Shown here: piece by piece, positions 46,888 to 57,258 of the stretch
Numbering within the stretch: position 1 is the first letter of the stretch
Layout: the number at the start of each line of letters is the position of its first letter
Source: Phycisphaerae bacterium
GTDB taxonomy: Bacteria > Planctomycetota > Phycisphaerae > WQYP01
Direction of reading: 5' to 3'
Assembly (NCBI GenBank): GCA_051955985.1
Contig: JBQCGD010000039.1
Location: forward strand, 1,137 to 65,136
DNA length: 64,000 nucleotides
Translations under genes and position numbers: made by a program
The notes under the pieces: model-generated
Database searches by the model: none
The model's input: only the letters and a program-made list of their open reading frames with translations
What the model was told of the DNA's origin: nothing

Positions 46888-49800
46888 ATGTTGACTCGCC
46901 GCTCTTCGTGCGCGCTCTCCCTGGCGGTTCTTTCAGCCCTGGCAGTTCGCGCTTACGCCACCACGTGGTCTTACACGGGGGCAAGCGGGGGGAACTGGAG
47001 TCTCAACACCAACTGGACTTCCGGCGCCTTGCACCAGGTGCCGGCCGCCGGCGACGACGCGATCCTGGGGACGAGCGCCGCCACAAACGCCATCTTCGAT
47101 TCCTCCTACGCCAGCGCCCTCAATTCGATGACCATCAACGCGAGCGCCGTCACCGCGTTCACGCTCAACCAGACCAGCGCGGCGACGACCCTGCGCGCCA
47201 CCAGCGAATACCTGGGCACCACGACGTACGGCGGCATTTATACGCAGTCGGCCGGCAACAACATCGCGACCAATCTTTATCTCGGCGTCACGTCGGGCGT
47301 GAATTCGCAGGGTACGTATAACCTCAGCGGCGCCGGAAACCTGACCGTCACCAATGAGTACATCGGCGGGAGTACTTCCACTCTCCTTGGAGGGAACGTG
47401 TTCAACCAGTCCGGCGGCAACAACACCGCCACTTTCGTGCTCGTCGGCGGCGGAAATGCCACGGTGCCCGGCCTCGGCGTTTACAACCTCTCCGGCGGCA
47501 ACCTGTCCGTGAGCAACAGCCTCGGGATCGGCACCTACAGTCCCGGCTCCAGCATGGTCGTTTCCGGCACCGGCAATGCGACCATCGGAATCCTGCAGAT
47601 GTCGCCGAACGTCGGCGGCAGCGGCAACCTCACCCTCAACAGCGCGTCCGCCAGCATCAACGTCACTTCCGACGCCTTCATCAGCACCGGCGGCGGCGGC
47701 GTCCTCACCGTCAGCAACGGCACGATGAGCATCGGCGGCAACTTGATCGTCTCCAACGTCGTCGGGAACGCGGTCAACCTTTCCGGCGGCTCGCTCAGCG
47801 TCGGCACCATCAGCACCAGCAGCAACCCCAGCCGCTTCAACTGGACCGGCGGAACCTTCGCCACCGGGCAGACCTTGTCGATCGACAGCGGCGGCCCCAT
47901 CGGTTCCGCACTGGCCTTTGCCGCCGGGAAGAACCTCGTTGTCCATGACCACGGCCAGGTCGGGTACACCACCAACGGCAGCATCAATCTCTCCGGCGGA
48001 AACGTGACCTTTGATTCCTGGATGGACATCGGCTCAGCAGCGCTGACGGTTGGCTCCGTCGCTGTTTCCAACGGCACCCTCTCTCTTGGCGGCTCCAGCT
48101 TCTGGGGCAACAACGGAATCGCCAACGTCACCCAGACCGGCGGAACCATCAACGCGGGCGTCGGGGGAACGACCTACCTCGGATACGGCGCCACCGGCAC
48201 CGGGCTCGTCACCCTCAACGGCGCGTCCGCCCAGTTCAACGGCGGCACCTTTCTGGTCGGCCCCACGGGCGCCGGCACCATCAACGTGATGAACGGCTGC
48301 ATGACGCTCCAGGCCCTCGACATCTATGCAAACGGGACAGTCAATCTCACCGGCGGAACGCTCTCGGTCGGGACCCTCGATACCAAGGGCACGCCCGCGA
48401 ATCTTCACTGGACCGCGGGCACCCTAAAGATCACCGGCGCCTCCGGCCTGTCGATTACCGGCACCGGCCCGCTGGGTGACAGTTACAGCATGAACTCCAA
48501 CCAGAGCCTCGTGGTCAACAGCACGCTCAACATCGCCACCGATGGCTACCTGCAACTCTACGGCGGGGTCATCACCGCGGCGGTTCTGAACACCAACGGG
48601 CAGCCCGGCAACTTCTACTGGTACTCCGGCACGCTGAATCTCACCGCGAGCGGCCTGACCATTGATCCCAACGGCCCCCTGGGCGCCAATGTCTATCTCA
48701 ACGCCAACAAGAATCTCACCACCAGCGGGGCGATCAACAATTACGGGAATTTCAGCCTCAACGGCGGCATCGTCGTCAGCGCTTCGCTCATCACCAACCT
48801 GGCACAGTTTTCCAATACCTGGGGGATCATCGGTGGCGCCGGCGGTTTCAATAACCGCGGCTACCTGCAGCAGGGAGCCGGGGCTCTTTCCCTGGCCACC
48901 ACCGGTCCTCTCACCAACTCCGGCAACATGCAGCTTGCGGCCGGTTACCAGACCATCCTCAACGGTTCCAACCTGACGAATACGGGCACGATCGCACTGA
49001 ACAACGGGTGGATCAGCGGCGCGCCGACGCTGGTCAATTCCCCCGGGGGAACGATTTCCGGCAGCGGCACCATCGGCGCACCGTTGCAGAATTCCGGGTT
49101 GCTCCTGGCCACGGGCGGCACGCTCAATGTGCTGAGCGCGTTTACGAACAACGGCTCCATCCAGCTCGCCGATCCCTCAGCAACCCTGGCCGGCGGCACC
49201 ATAACGAATGCCGACATCCTGCAAGGCGCCGGGCAGGTGGCATCGCCGGTGACCAACAATGCCACGGTGCAATCGGCCGGCGGCACGCTCATTTTTACCG
49301 GCGGCTTCACCAATTCCGCCAGCGGGACGATTGCCGTCCCGCTCGGGACGGAAGTCCTAATGCAGGGCGCGGGCAACTTCCCGACGAATGCCGGGCTCAT
49401 TTCCCTCACCGGCGGCACGTTCGACAACGGCGGGCAAGTCCTCAACAACACCGGGGCGATCGTCGGCTACGGCACGCTGCGCACCGGCGGGCTGACCAAC
49501 AACGGGACCTTCGTCCTCACCGGTGGGACGTCAACCGTCAACGGCAACGTCACCAATGCCGTGGGCAGAACGCTCAGCATCAAGTATCAGCCGGCGATTT
49601 TCACCGGCAACATCACCAACAGCGGCACGATCAAGGTCACCGGCACCACCGTCACGTATATCGGGGCTTACACCGGGAATGCCTACATTTCCGACCCCGC
49701 CACCAACATCTTCCAATCCACCGCGACCGTCACTGCCGGCGGTTCCATGACCGGCGGCGCCGGTGACCTCTTCAACTTCAGCGGCACCTTCACCAACAAT

Positions 49801-50496
49801 GGCACCTTCAACAACGGAGGCGCCCTCGCCGTCGCCACCGCCGTCGTCAACACCGGCACCTTCACCCAGTCCGGCCCGCAGTCCTGGGCGGGCGGCGCCA
49901 CCTTCACCAACAACGGCGGCAGCGCGGCATTCCAATCCAACGCGAAGATCTACGGCCTCACCATCACGGCCGGCACTTTCGACGTCACCGGCAGCAAGCT
50001 CATCGTCCAGGCCAGCGCCGCCACCAAGGCGGCCACCTTCTCCACGCTCCGGAATTACATCCTCGCGCACTCGCTCCTTAGCTCCGGAACGCCGGCCCAC
50101 TACGGGCTTGCGCTCATCGACAACGGGACCCTGGGCGCCGCCACCTTCGGCGGCAACGCGGCGGACGCCAACTCCCTCCTCGTTTCGCAGGAACTCCTGG
50201 GCGACGCCAACATTGACGGGAAAGTAGATCTCACCGACCTCAGCACCGTGCTCAATCACTTCGGAGCGGCAACGCCGCACTGGGCCGACGGCAACTTCGA
50301 TTACGCCGCGACGGTCAACCTGACCGATCTCTCCGACGTGCTCAACAACTTCGGCCTGGTGAACCCCAACCCCTCCTCGGGTGTGGGAGCACCGGGCTTG
50401 GAAACCGCGATAGCGGTGCCTGAACCCATTTCCCTGTTCGCCATCGCCGGCAGCATCCTCCTGCTCCACCGGCGGCCCAGGCGGGCGTGGAATTGA
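46888..50496 (+). CDS. giant secreted beta-strand-repeat protein with dockerin-like repeat and PEP-CTERM-like tail (1202 aa)
   Basis: GGAGG + 7 before ATG 46888. Signal peptide. Long arrays of G-rich beta-strand repeats (GGxLxLxG, SGNxT). ...DANIDGKVDLTDLSTVLNHFG...VNLTDLSDVLNNFG...VPEPISLFAIAGSILLLHRRPRR. Confidence 0.75.
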   Translation: MLTRRSSCALSLAVLSALAVRAYATTWSYTGASGGNWSLNTNWTSGALHQVPAAGDDAILGTSAATNAIFDSSYASALNSMTINASAVTAFTLNQTSAATTLRATSEYLGTTTYGGIYTQSAGNNIATNLYLGVTSGVNSQGTYNLSGAGNLTVTNEYIGGSTSTLLGGNVFNQSGGNNTATFVLVGGGNATVPGLGVYNLSGGNLSVSNSLGIGTYSPGSSMVVSGTGNATIGILQMSPNVGGSGNLTLNSASASINVTSDAFISTGGGGVLTVSNGTMSIGGNLIVSNVVGNAVNLSGGSLSVGTISTSSNPSRFNWTGGTFATGQTLSIDSGGPIGSALAFAAGKNLVVHDHGQVGYTTNGSINLSGGNVTFDSWMDIGSAALTVGSVAVSNGTLSLGGSSFWGNNGIANVTQTGGTINAGVGGTTYLGYGATGTGLVTLNGASAQFNGGTFLVGPTGAGTINVMNGCMTLQALDIYANGTVNLTGGTLSVGTLDTKGTPANLHWTAGTLKITGASGLSITGTGPLGDSYSMNSNQSLVVNSTLNIATDGYLQLYGGVITAAVLNTNGQPGNFYWYSGTLNLTASGLTIDPNGPLGANVYLNANKNLTTSGAINNYGNFSLNGGIVVSASLITNLAQFSNTWGIIGGAGGFNNRGYLQQGAGALSLATTGPLTNSGNMQLAAGYQTILNGSNLTNTGTIALNNGWISGAPTLVNSPGGTISGSGTIGAPLQNSGLLLATGGTLNVLSAFTNNGSIQLADPSATLAGGTITNADILQGAGQVASPVTNNATVQSAGGTLIFTGGFTNSASGTIAVPLGTEVLMQGAGNFPTNAGLISLTGGTFDNGGQVLNNTGAIVGYGTLRTGGLTNNGTFVLTGGTSTVNGNVTNAVGRTLSIKYQPAIFTGNITNSGTIKVTGTTVTYIGAYTGNAYISDPATNIFQSTATVTAGGSMTGGAGDLFNFSGTFTNNGTFNNGGALAVATAVVNTGTFTQSGPQSWAGGATFTNNGGSAAFQSNAKIYGLTITAGTFDVTGSKLIVQASAATKAATFSTLRNYILAHSLLSSGTPAHYGLALIDNGTLGAATFGGNAADANSLLVSQELLGDANIDGKVDLTDLSTVLNHFGAATPHWADGNFDYAATVNLTDLSDVLNNFGLVNPNPSSGVGAPGLETAIAVPEPISLFAIAGSILLLHRRPRRAWN

Positions 50497-50517
50497 TCAA
50501 GAAAATGGGGGTGTCTG

Positions 50518-53274
50518 ATGCGTCGATGCATCCGGAACGGACGCTGGCTGTCCAGCGCCACCCTTGTCAGCGGGATCGCGCTCGCGGCCGCGCAAGCCTC
50601 CGGCGCGACCGTGACGCTTTCCTGGACCGGCACCGTTTCGACCGCCTGGAACGACGGGCGAAACTGGGGCCAAGGCTCCGCCGCCGTCTATCCGAACAAC
50701 GGCATCGGCGGCAACCTGTACAACGCCTTCATCGGCGCCCCGGCCCCGGCGAACCTGAGCATTCCCTCCGGCGTCGGCATCACCATCGAAGCGCTCACCA
50801 CCGGCGCCTCCGGCGTGCTCAACATCTCCCAGGGCGATGTCCTCAAACTCAACGGCACCCTCACCAACGACGGCGCCATCTCCCTCCTCACCGGCTCCAT
50901 CTCCTTCCTCGCCAACAACGCCCTCACCGGTGCCGGCGCCCTTACCCTCCACGGCACCACCGACATCACCGGCAACCTCACGCAGGCTTCCAACCACACC
51001 ATCAACGGCACCGGCTCTATCAACGCCGGCCTCACCAACGACGGCACCGTCAACGCCAACGTCGCCGGCCAGATCCTCTTCGTCTACCACAACATGACCA
51101 ACCACCACTTAATGGAAGCCACGACCGGCGGAAATCTCACCATTGCCTCGGCCACCATCACCCAGTCCGACACCGGCCAGATCTACGCCGATTCCAACAG
51201 CACCGTCTCGCTCAACATCGCCCGCGTCGTCGGCGGAATCCTCGACACCGCCCCCACCGGCGTCATCAACTGCGTCAACGTCTCCGGCAGGACCACCCTC
51301 ACCGATGTCACCAACAACGGCATCCTCAACGTCGTGCGCAACGTCGCCGTCAATGTCGCCGGCGCCTCGCTGGTCAACAACGGGCTCATCACCGTCAACA
51401 GCGACCGCTTCAATTTCGCGGACGTCTCGTTCCTCTCATTCGCGGCGAACGTCACGCTCTCCGGCACCGGCACTGTGCGGCTTAAGGGCGGCGGCTCCGT
51501 CAGCGATGGCCCCATCACCCAGGCCGCCAATCACACCATCGAGGGATGGGGAACCTTCAGCCCCACCATCGGCACCACCAACACCAACAACGGCACCGTG
51601 AACGCCAACGTCGCCAACCAGACGCTGCTCGTCTCCTACATCGACAACAATCACCTCCTCGAAGCCACCAACGGCGGAAACCTGCTTATCTTCGGCGACA
51701 TCCATCAATCCGCGACCGGCCAGCTTTTTGCCGGCGACACCAGCACCGTCACCCTCTACAACCCCTCCGTGACCGGCGGCACGCTCAACGCCTCCGGCAA
51801 CGGCACGTTCCAGGCCAATTACGGCACCACCCTCCTCACCAACCTCACCAACAACGCCCCCGTGTATGTCACCGATGGGCTCGACCTTGCCGGCACGCAG
51901 TTCACCAACAACAGCCTGCTCGCGTATCTCCCCGGCGGCGTCGGCCACATCACCGCCGGCACGCTGACCAACAGCGGCACCATTGCCGTTTCCAGCGATT
52001 CCATGCATTTCAACCAGGCGCTCTCCTTCGGCGCCAATTGCCTCCTCACCGGCTCCGGCAGCCTCACGCTGTCGGATGACGGATCCAGCGCCTCGTCCAT
52101 TTCCACCGAGTTCGGCGTCACCCTCACGCAGGACACGCTGCACACCCTCGCAGGCTCCGGCCAGTTCACCGGCAACCTGACGAACAACGGCACGCTGAAC
52201 GCCAACGTCGCAGGCCGAACGCTTTATCTCGCCGGCGCCGTGACCAACAACGGCCTCGCCCGCGCCTCCAACGGCGGCACGCTGCAATTTGATCCTGGCA
52301 CGCTCACAAACGCCGCCGGCGCGACGCTTACCGGCGGCAACTTCGAAGTTGACGCCGGCTCCACGCTCTCCATTCCCGTCGCCCTCCAGACCAACGCTGC
52401 CAATGTCACGCTCGACGGCGCGGACGCCAGCTTCCCCGCCCTCAACTCCCTCACCACCAACGCCGGCCGCCTCGTGCTGCGCAACGGCGCGACCTTCTCT
52501 CCCGATGCGGCCGTCGACAACAGCGGCACGATCCTCGTCGGTTCCGGCGCTTCGCTCTCCACGCCCCAATTGACGCTGAACGCGGGGCTTCTCGCAGGCG
52601 ACGGAACGGTGTCCGCGCCCGTCGTGGCCGGCGGCCCACACACGGTGAGCGTCGGCCTCCCCGGCACGAATTCCCCCGCGTCCCTCGCCCTCGCTTCCCT
52701 GTCCACCAACGCCAACACCACGTTGGAGTTTGACCTGACCGCCCCCGCCACCGGCCCCGCCTCCAGCGTCAACGACACCCTCGTGATCGCCGGCAACCTG
52801 GCCCTGAACGGCGGCACACTCCAGCTCGCCTCCGCCCCCGCCGGCGCCGCGTCGCTCGGTTACTACAAAATTATCCAGTACGGCACGCTTTCCGGCGCTC
52901 CCTCCAGCCTCGTGCTCCCCGCCGGCGCCGACCACATCCTCTTCACCCTCGACACCCACCGCGATCCCGGCTTCATCGACCTGCACAAAGGCTTCATCGG
53001 CGACGCCAACGACGATGGCAAAGTCGACCTCACCGACCTCTCGGTCGTCCTCAACCACTTCGGCGAGGCCACCAGCCGTTGGACCGACGGCAACTTCGAC
53101 GGCGCCGCCACCGTCAACCTCACCGATCTCTCCTATGTCCTCAACAATTTCGGCCTCAGCGCCGGCATCAGCGGCACGGTTTCGCCAACCACGTCCGCCA
53201 TCCCCGAACCCGCCACCCTCGCCCTCTTCGCGCCCCTCGTGTGGAGCACCGCGCTCACACGGCGAAGACGTTAA
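50518..53274 (+). CDS. giant secreted beta-strand-repeat protein with dockerin-like repeat and PEP-CTERM tail (918 aa)
   Basis: Signal peptide MRRCIRNGRWLSSATLVSGIALAAAQASGA. Repeats of TLTNDGTVNANVAGQ-type units. DANDDGKVDLTDLSVVLNHFG...VNLTDLSYVLNNFG...IPEPATLALFAPLVWSTALTRRRR. Confidence 0.75.
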   Translation: MRRCIRNGRWLSSATLVSGIALAAAQASGATVTLSWTGTVSTAWNDGRNWGQGSAAVYPNNGIGGNLYNAFIGAPAPANLSIPSGVGITIEALTTGASGVLNISQGDVLKLNGTLTNDGAISLLTGSISFLANNALTGAGALTLHGTTDITGNLTQASNHTINGTGSINAGLTNDGTVNANVAGQILFVYHNMTNHHLMEATTGGNLTIASATITQSDTGQIYADSNSTVSLNIARVVGGILDTAPTGVINCVNVSGRTTLTDVTNNGILNVVRNVAVNVAGASLVNNGLITVNSDRFNFADVSFLSFAANVTLSGTGTVRLKGGGSVSDGPITQAANHTIEGWGTFSPTIGTTNTNNGTVNANVANQTLLVSYIDNNHLLEATNGGNLLIFGDIHQSATGQLFAGDTSTVTLYNPSVTGGTLNASGNGTFQANYGTTLLTNLTNNAPVYVTDGLDLAGTQFTNNSLLAYLPGGVGHITAGTLTNSGTIAVSSDSMHFNQALSFGANCLLTGSGSLTLSDDGSSASSISTEFGVTLTQDTLHTLAGSGQFTGNLTNNGTLNANVAGRTLYLAGAVTNNGLARASNGGTLQFDPGTLTNAAGATLTGGNFEVDAGSTLSIPVALQTNAANVTLDGADASFPALNSLTTNAGRLVLRNGATFSPDAAVDNSGTILVGSGASLSTPQLTLNAGLLAGDGTVSAPVVAGGPHTVSVGLPGTNSPASLALASLSTNANTTLEFDLTAPATGPASSVNDTLVIAGNLALNGGTLQLASAPAGAASLGYYKIIQYGTLSGAPSSLVLPAGADHILFTLDTHRDPGFIDLHKGFIGDANDDGKVDLTDLSVVLNHFGEATSRWTDGNFDGAATVNLTDLSYVLNNFGLSAGISGTVSPTTSAIPEPATLALFAPLVWSTALTRRRR

Positions 53275-53310
53275 CAGGTCCAATGCGAAAAACGCCGCAA
53301 CCGCGCCCCA

Positions 53311-54753
53311 TCACAAACGACGCCGCCGCCGCCGCAACAACCCGATCACCCCCGCCGCCATCACCCCCAGCGTCCCCGGCTCCGGCACCAGTTGAAACAC
53401 CACCCCCGTCGTCCCGCGCGGCCCCAGGTTCGTCGACGCCATCACAAAAATCTCCCCGTTCGCATCCTCCCCGAAGCCCTTCAGCCACAACCCCAGCGGC
53501 GCATCCATGTTGAACTCGTTGATCACCCCCGTCGACAGGTCCGCATAAAACAGCCGGCCGTTCCCCGGGGCGTTGAATGGCCCGTTGCTGAAATCGCCGA
53601 AAATGTACATCCCATCCAACTGCGGCAGCAGCGACCCGTGATACACAAAGCCGCCGTTGATCGCCGTCCCCGAGTTGTGGTCATACTCCATGATCGGATC
53701 GGTCAGCCCCGCCGGCGACCCCGGGCTGTTCACCGGGTTGTCCAGCCCCGTGCTCTTGTCGAACAAAAACGTCCCCTCCTTCACCCCCCACCCGTAATTC
53801 GCCCCCTTCGTGATCACGTTCACCTCCTCCACCTCGTTCTGCCCGACATCCCCCTCGATCAACTTCCCGCTCGCCGGATCAAAGCTGAACTTGTACGGAT
53901 TGCGCAGCCCGTACGCATAAATTTCCGGCGCCGCCCCCGTCGTGTTCACAAATGGATTGTCCGCCGGAATCCCGTACTTCCCGTTCGCACTGTTGTTCCC
54001 GTGCGGATCGATGCGCAGCATCTTCCCCATGATCACCGACAGCGACTGCGCATTGCCCGTCCCCGCGATGTGCCCGCTCCCCACATCGTTGGCGTTCCCG
54101 CCGTCGCCGAGCGCCCAGTACAGCATCCCGTCCGGCCCAAACGCGATCGTCCCCCCGTTATGATTCAACGCCGGATGATCCTCCCGGATCAAGTCCACGC
54201 GCGACGCCATGTCCACCGCCCCCGCATTGTTCACCTTCCACGACGAAACCACGTTCTGGTGATCGATCGGCAAGGTCAGCGTCCCCGGCGCCGGCCCGAA
54301 ATCCGCCGTCGCCGTCCCCGCCGCCTCGCTCTGGTACGTGTAAAACATGTGGAATCCCGGGCTCGCCGGATTGTTGAACCCCGGATCGAACGCCAGGCTC
54401 AACAACCCGCGCTCGTCGTATCCCGGCTGCAACGGCACCGCGTTCTCCAGGCCCGTCAAATCCAAGAACGGCGTCGCCTGCATCACGCCGTTGTGCATCA
54501 CATCCACCTTCCCCGCCTGGTCCACCACGAACAGGTCGCTCGTGTCCCCCGGCTGCGTCACCCCCGATACCGGCGCTACCAGCCCCGTCGCCATCGTCTG
54601 CAGCGACACGTGAATCGCCCCCGGATGAATCGCCCCCGGCAGCAGATCCTGCCCCGCGCCATCGGCAAGCCCCGGCATCGCGCCGGCCACCCCTGCGAAA
54701 ATCACGTACGCCGCCCACGGCCGCTCGCCGCGGGCCCTGTCTTTCCTGCTCAT
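53311..54753 (-). CDS. PQQ-dependent sugar dehydrogenase (glucose/sorbosone dehydrogenase family) with PEP-CTERM tail
   Basis: HNGGTIAFGPDGMLYWALGDGG, YAYGLRNPYKFSFD, GANYGWG motifs. C-terminal VPEPGTLGVMAAGVIGLLRRRRRRL. Confidence 0.8.
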   Translation of the reverse strand: MSRKDRARGERPWAAYVIFAGVAGAMPGLADGAGQDLLPGAIHPGAIHVSLQTMATGLVAPVSGVTQPGDTSDLFVVDQAGKVDVMHNGVMQATPFLDLTGLENAVPLQPGYDERGLLSLAFDPGFNNPASPGFHMFYTYQSEAAGTATADFGPAPGTLTLPIDHQNVVSSWKVNNAGAVDMASRVDLIREDHPALNHNGGTIAFGPDGMLYWALGDGGNANDVGSGHIAGTGNAQSLSVIMGKMLRIDPHGNNSANGKYGIPADNPFVNTTGAAPEIYAYGLRNPYKFSFDPASGKLIEGDVGQNEVEEVNVITKGANYGWGVKEGTFLFDKSTGLDNPVNSPGSPAGLTDPIMEYDHNSGTAINGGFVYHGSLLPQLDGMYIFGDFSNGPFNAPGNGRLFYADLSTGVINEFNMDAPLGLWLKGFGEDANGEIFVMASTNLGPRGTTGVVFQLVPEPGTLGVMAAGVIGLLRRRRRRL

Positions 54754-54870
54754 GACACGCTCCCACGAATTGTTGAAATGAACAATCTGCGCCCACGCGC
54801 CTTTCAGGTGCCCGAACCTCGCCCATCTATTCGCGCAGAATTCCCAAAAACTTCCCCCCTTCCATTCCGC

Positions 54871-54981
54871 GGGTGCATAAACGTTTTGGGGAACAAGCCC
54901 ACCCCTTCCAGGGGGTGGGGATTATGTATTCTCCCAAGGGCGGGGCGCGCGCCGCCTTTTCCCCAAAACGTTTATGCACCC
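54871..54981. repeat. nested perfect inverted repeats (21-bp arms gggtgcataaacgttttgggg / ccccaaaacgtttatgcaccc, 69-bp spacer containing cccacccc-N6-ggggtggg)
   Basis: In the 297-bp divergent intergenic region between the PEP-CTERM dehydrogenase (-) and gmhA (+). Confidence 0.55.
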
Positions 54982-55050
54982 CACCCCGCCCAGTTGCGTC
55001 CACTCCCCCTCACCCCCACAATGCTCCAACCACACGCAAGGAGGCTCCGA

Positions 55051-55650
55051 GTGAATCGCAAATCCCCCACCCGCCGCAACACCTTCTCCGAAGAATCCAT
55101 CGGCAACTACATCGCCCAGTCCGCTTCCATCATCTTCGACATGGAAAACCAGATCGACACCCTCCACAAAATCATCTCACTCACCCTCGCCACCCTCAAA
55201 CGCGGCAACAAGCTCCTCACCTGCGGCAACGGCGGCTCCGCCGCAGAAGCCATGCACCTCGCCGAGGAACTCACCGGCAAATACAACAAGCCCCGCAAGG
55301 CCCTCCCCGCCATCTGCCTCTGCTCCGACGCCTCCGCCATGACCTGCATCGCCAACGACTGGGACTTCACCTACGTCTTCTCCCGCCAGGTCGAAGCCTA
55401 CGCCCAGAAAAATGACCTCCTCCTCATGTTCACCACCTCCGGAAACTCCACCAACTGCATCCGCGCCGCCCACGCCATGAAAAAGGCCGGCGGAAAAATC
55501 GTCGGCCTCCTCGGCAAGGGCGGCGGGAAGGCCAAATCCCTCTGCGACCTCGCCCTCGTCATCGACTCCAAGCACACCAACCACATCCAGGAAGCCCACC
55601 AGGTCGTCCTCCATCTCCTCCTCGAAGCGATCGACGCGGAATTCACCTGA
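55051..55650 (+). CDS. gmhA: D-sedoheptulose-7-phosphate isomerase (SIS domain)
   Basis: GTG start with AAGGAGG + 6. ...KLLTCGNGGSAAEAMHLAEELTGKY...MFTTSGNSTN...QEAHQVVLHLL. The track ORF 53392..55650 is mostly antisense artefact. Confidence 0.8.
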   Translation: MNRKSPTRRNTFSEESIGNYIAQSASIIFDMENQIDTLHKIISLTLATLKRGNKLLTCGNGGSAAEAMHLAEELTGKYNKPRKALPAICLCSDASAMTCIANDWDFTYVFSRQVEAYAQKNDLLLMFTTSGNSTNCIRAAHAMKKAGGKIVGLLGKGGGKAKSLCDLALVIDSKHTNHIQEAHQVVLHLLLEAIDAEFT

Positions 55651-55782
55651 TTCTCACCTCTTTTTAATCCCTGCAACCCTCAGACTCCACACACCTGCCT
55701 CAGCCCATCCACAGCGACCACATTTCCCATTCCCCGGCCCTCGCTTTGCTCTGCCATTCGACAGCGTGAAGGAGCGCCCCCC

Positions 55783-57117
55783 ATGGCCGAAGAGTCTGCA
55801 CCCCAAGAACTCGCCGCCGACAAAATGATCGGCAAACCCCCTCCCACCGACGTCCCCGCCACCACCGCCCCCGCCGCGGAAGTCGTCCAGGCCGCACCAC
55901 AGGCCGTCCGACGCTCCATGCCCATGGCCCTCTCCATCATGCTCGGCATCCTCCTCGCCGCCGTCGCCGGCATCTTCTTCTACCGCCTCACCTGGTTTAT
56001 CCTCATCCTCTACCTCAGTTTCATCGTCGCCACCATCCTCGAAGCCCCCGTCGAGTGGCTCAAAAAAATCCACATCCGCCGCAGCCTCGCCTCCGTCATC
56101 ATCATGGTCGGCGGACTCATCCTCCTCGGAATCCTCCTCTACGCCCTCGGCAACGCCATCTACGGCCAGGTCTCCTCCCTTTCCACCAACCTCGAAGCCG
56201 CCCCCAAACACATCAACGACTGGGTCCACCATTTCGCCGACAAACACCCCGGCATCGGCTCCCGCCTCAAGGAATTCGACATCAATAACGCCCTCGCCGG
56301 GCTCGCCCCCTCCGTCACCGCCGTCCTCTCCAACGCCATGAACGGCGTCGAAACCATCACCTGGCTCGTCGTTATGTTCTTCCTCGTCCTCTATATGCTC
56401 CTCGACGGCGCGGATCACCTTAAAACCATCCGCACCCTCCTCCCCCGCCATGCCCGCCTCGACGCCACACGCCTCTTCAACGACATCGCCCGCGCCCACC
56501 GCGGATGGGCCCTCGCCTCCATCTGCAACGTCGCCTCCTCCTCCATCCTCTCCGGCACCGGCCTCTTCCTCCTCGGCATCCCCGGCGCCTACGTCCTCGG
56601 CTTCTTCGCCGGACTTGGCGAACTCATCCCCAACATCGGACCCCTCATCTGCGCCGCCCCCGCGCTCCTCTTCGTCCTCCTCGCAGAAACCGACAAATTC
56701 ATCTACGTCGCCGGTATGTTCATCGTCGTCTGGACCATCCAGGGATACACCATCACCCCCATGATGATGAAGTTCTCCGTCGAGCTCCCCGTCCTCGTCA
56801 CCATCATCGCCGTCCTCGTCTTCGGCACCCTCTTCGGTTTCCTCGGCATCTTCGTCTCCATCCCCCTCGTCGCCGACATGGTCGTCCTCTGGCACTTCTA
56901 CGCCGCACGCCGCGAAAAGGACACCTTCGACTACGACTCCGTCAACGCCTGCCCCGAGGACCGCCGCGCGCCCATGTCCCCCGACAACACCCCCCCATCG
57001 CGCCTCCGCAAACTCTTCCGACGCGACCAACGCACCAACCCTCCGGAAACCGCCCCCTCCGGCGCAGAATCCGGCCTCGCCCGCCTCGAAAAAGCCGAAG
57101 ACCGCGCCACCCGCTAA
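55783..57117 (+). CDS. AI-2E family transporter (PerM/YdiK-like, UPF0118)
   Basis: AAGGAG RBS. 8 TM helices with the characteristic layout and Pro/Gly-rich C-terminal tail. Confidence 0.8.
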   Translation: MAEESAPQELAADKMIGKPPPTDVPATTAPAAEVVQAAPQAVRRSMPMALSIMLGILLAAVAGIFFYRLTWFILILYLSFIVATILEAPVEWLKKIHIRRSLASVIIMVGGLILLGILLYALGNAIYGQVSSLSTNLEAAPKHINDWVHHFADKHPGIGSRLKEFDINNALAGLAPSVTAVLSNAMNGVETITWLVVMFFLVLYMLLDGADHLKTIRTLLPRHARLDATRLFNDIARAHRGWALASICNVASSSILSGTGLFLLGIPGAYVLGFFAGLGELIPNIGPLICAAPALLFVLLAETDKFIYVAGMFIVVWTIQGYTITPMMMKFSVELPVLVTIIAVLVFGTLFGFLGIFVSIPLVADMVVLWHFYAARREKDTFDYDSVNACPEDRRAPMSPDNTPPSRLRKLFRRDQRTNPPETAPSGAESGLARLEKAEDRATR

Positions 57118-57258
57118 AAGTGGGCCGACGCCCCCCGTCGGCCATTCCCTTCGCGCGCAGGCGCCAACCCCCGCAAAAATCCCTACCAATGACCAATTGC
57201 TGTTTACCATTCCCCCGCCGCTATAATCCCCCGCACTCATTTTCCGGAGCCCCCACAC

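Noticed and set aside
53392-55650. 752-aa + strand ORF
   Set aside because: The first ~1.6 kb is antisense to the PEP-CTERM PQQ-dehydrogenase and crosses the intergenic palindrome. Only the last 600 nt (gmhA, GTG 55051) is real.
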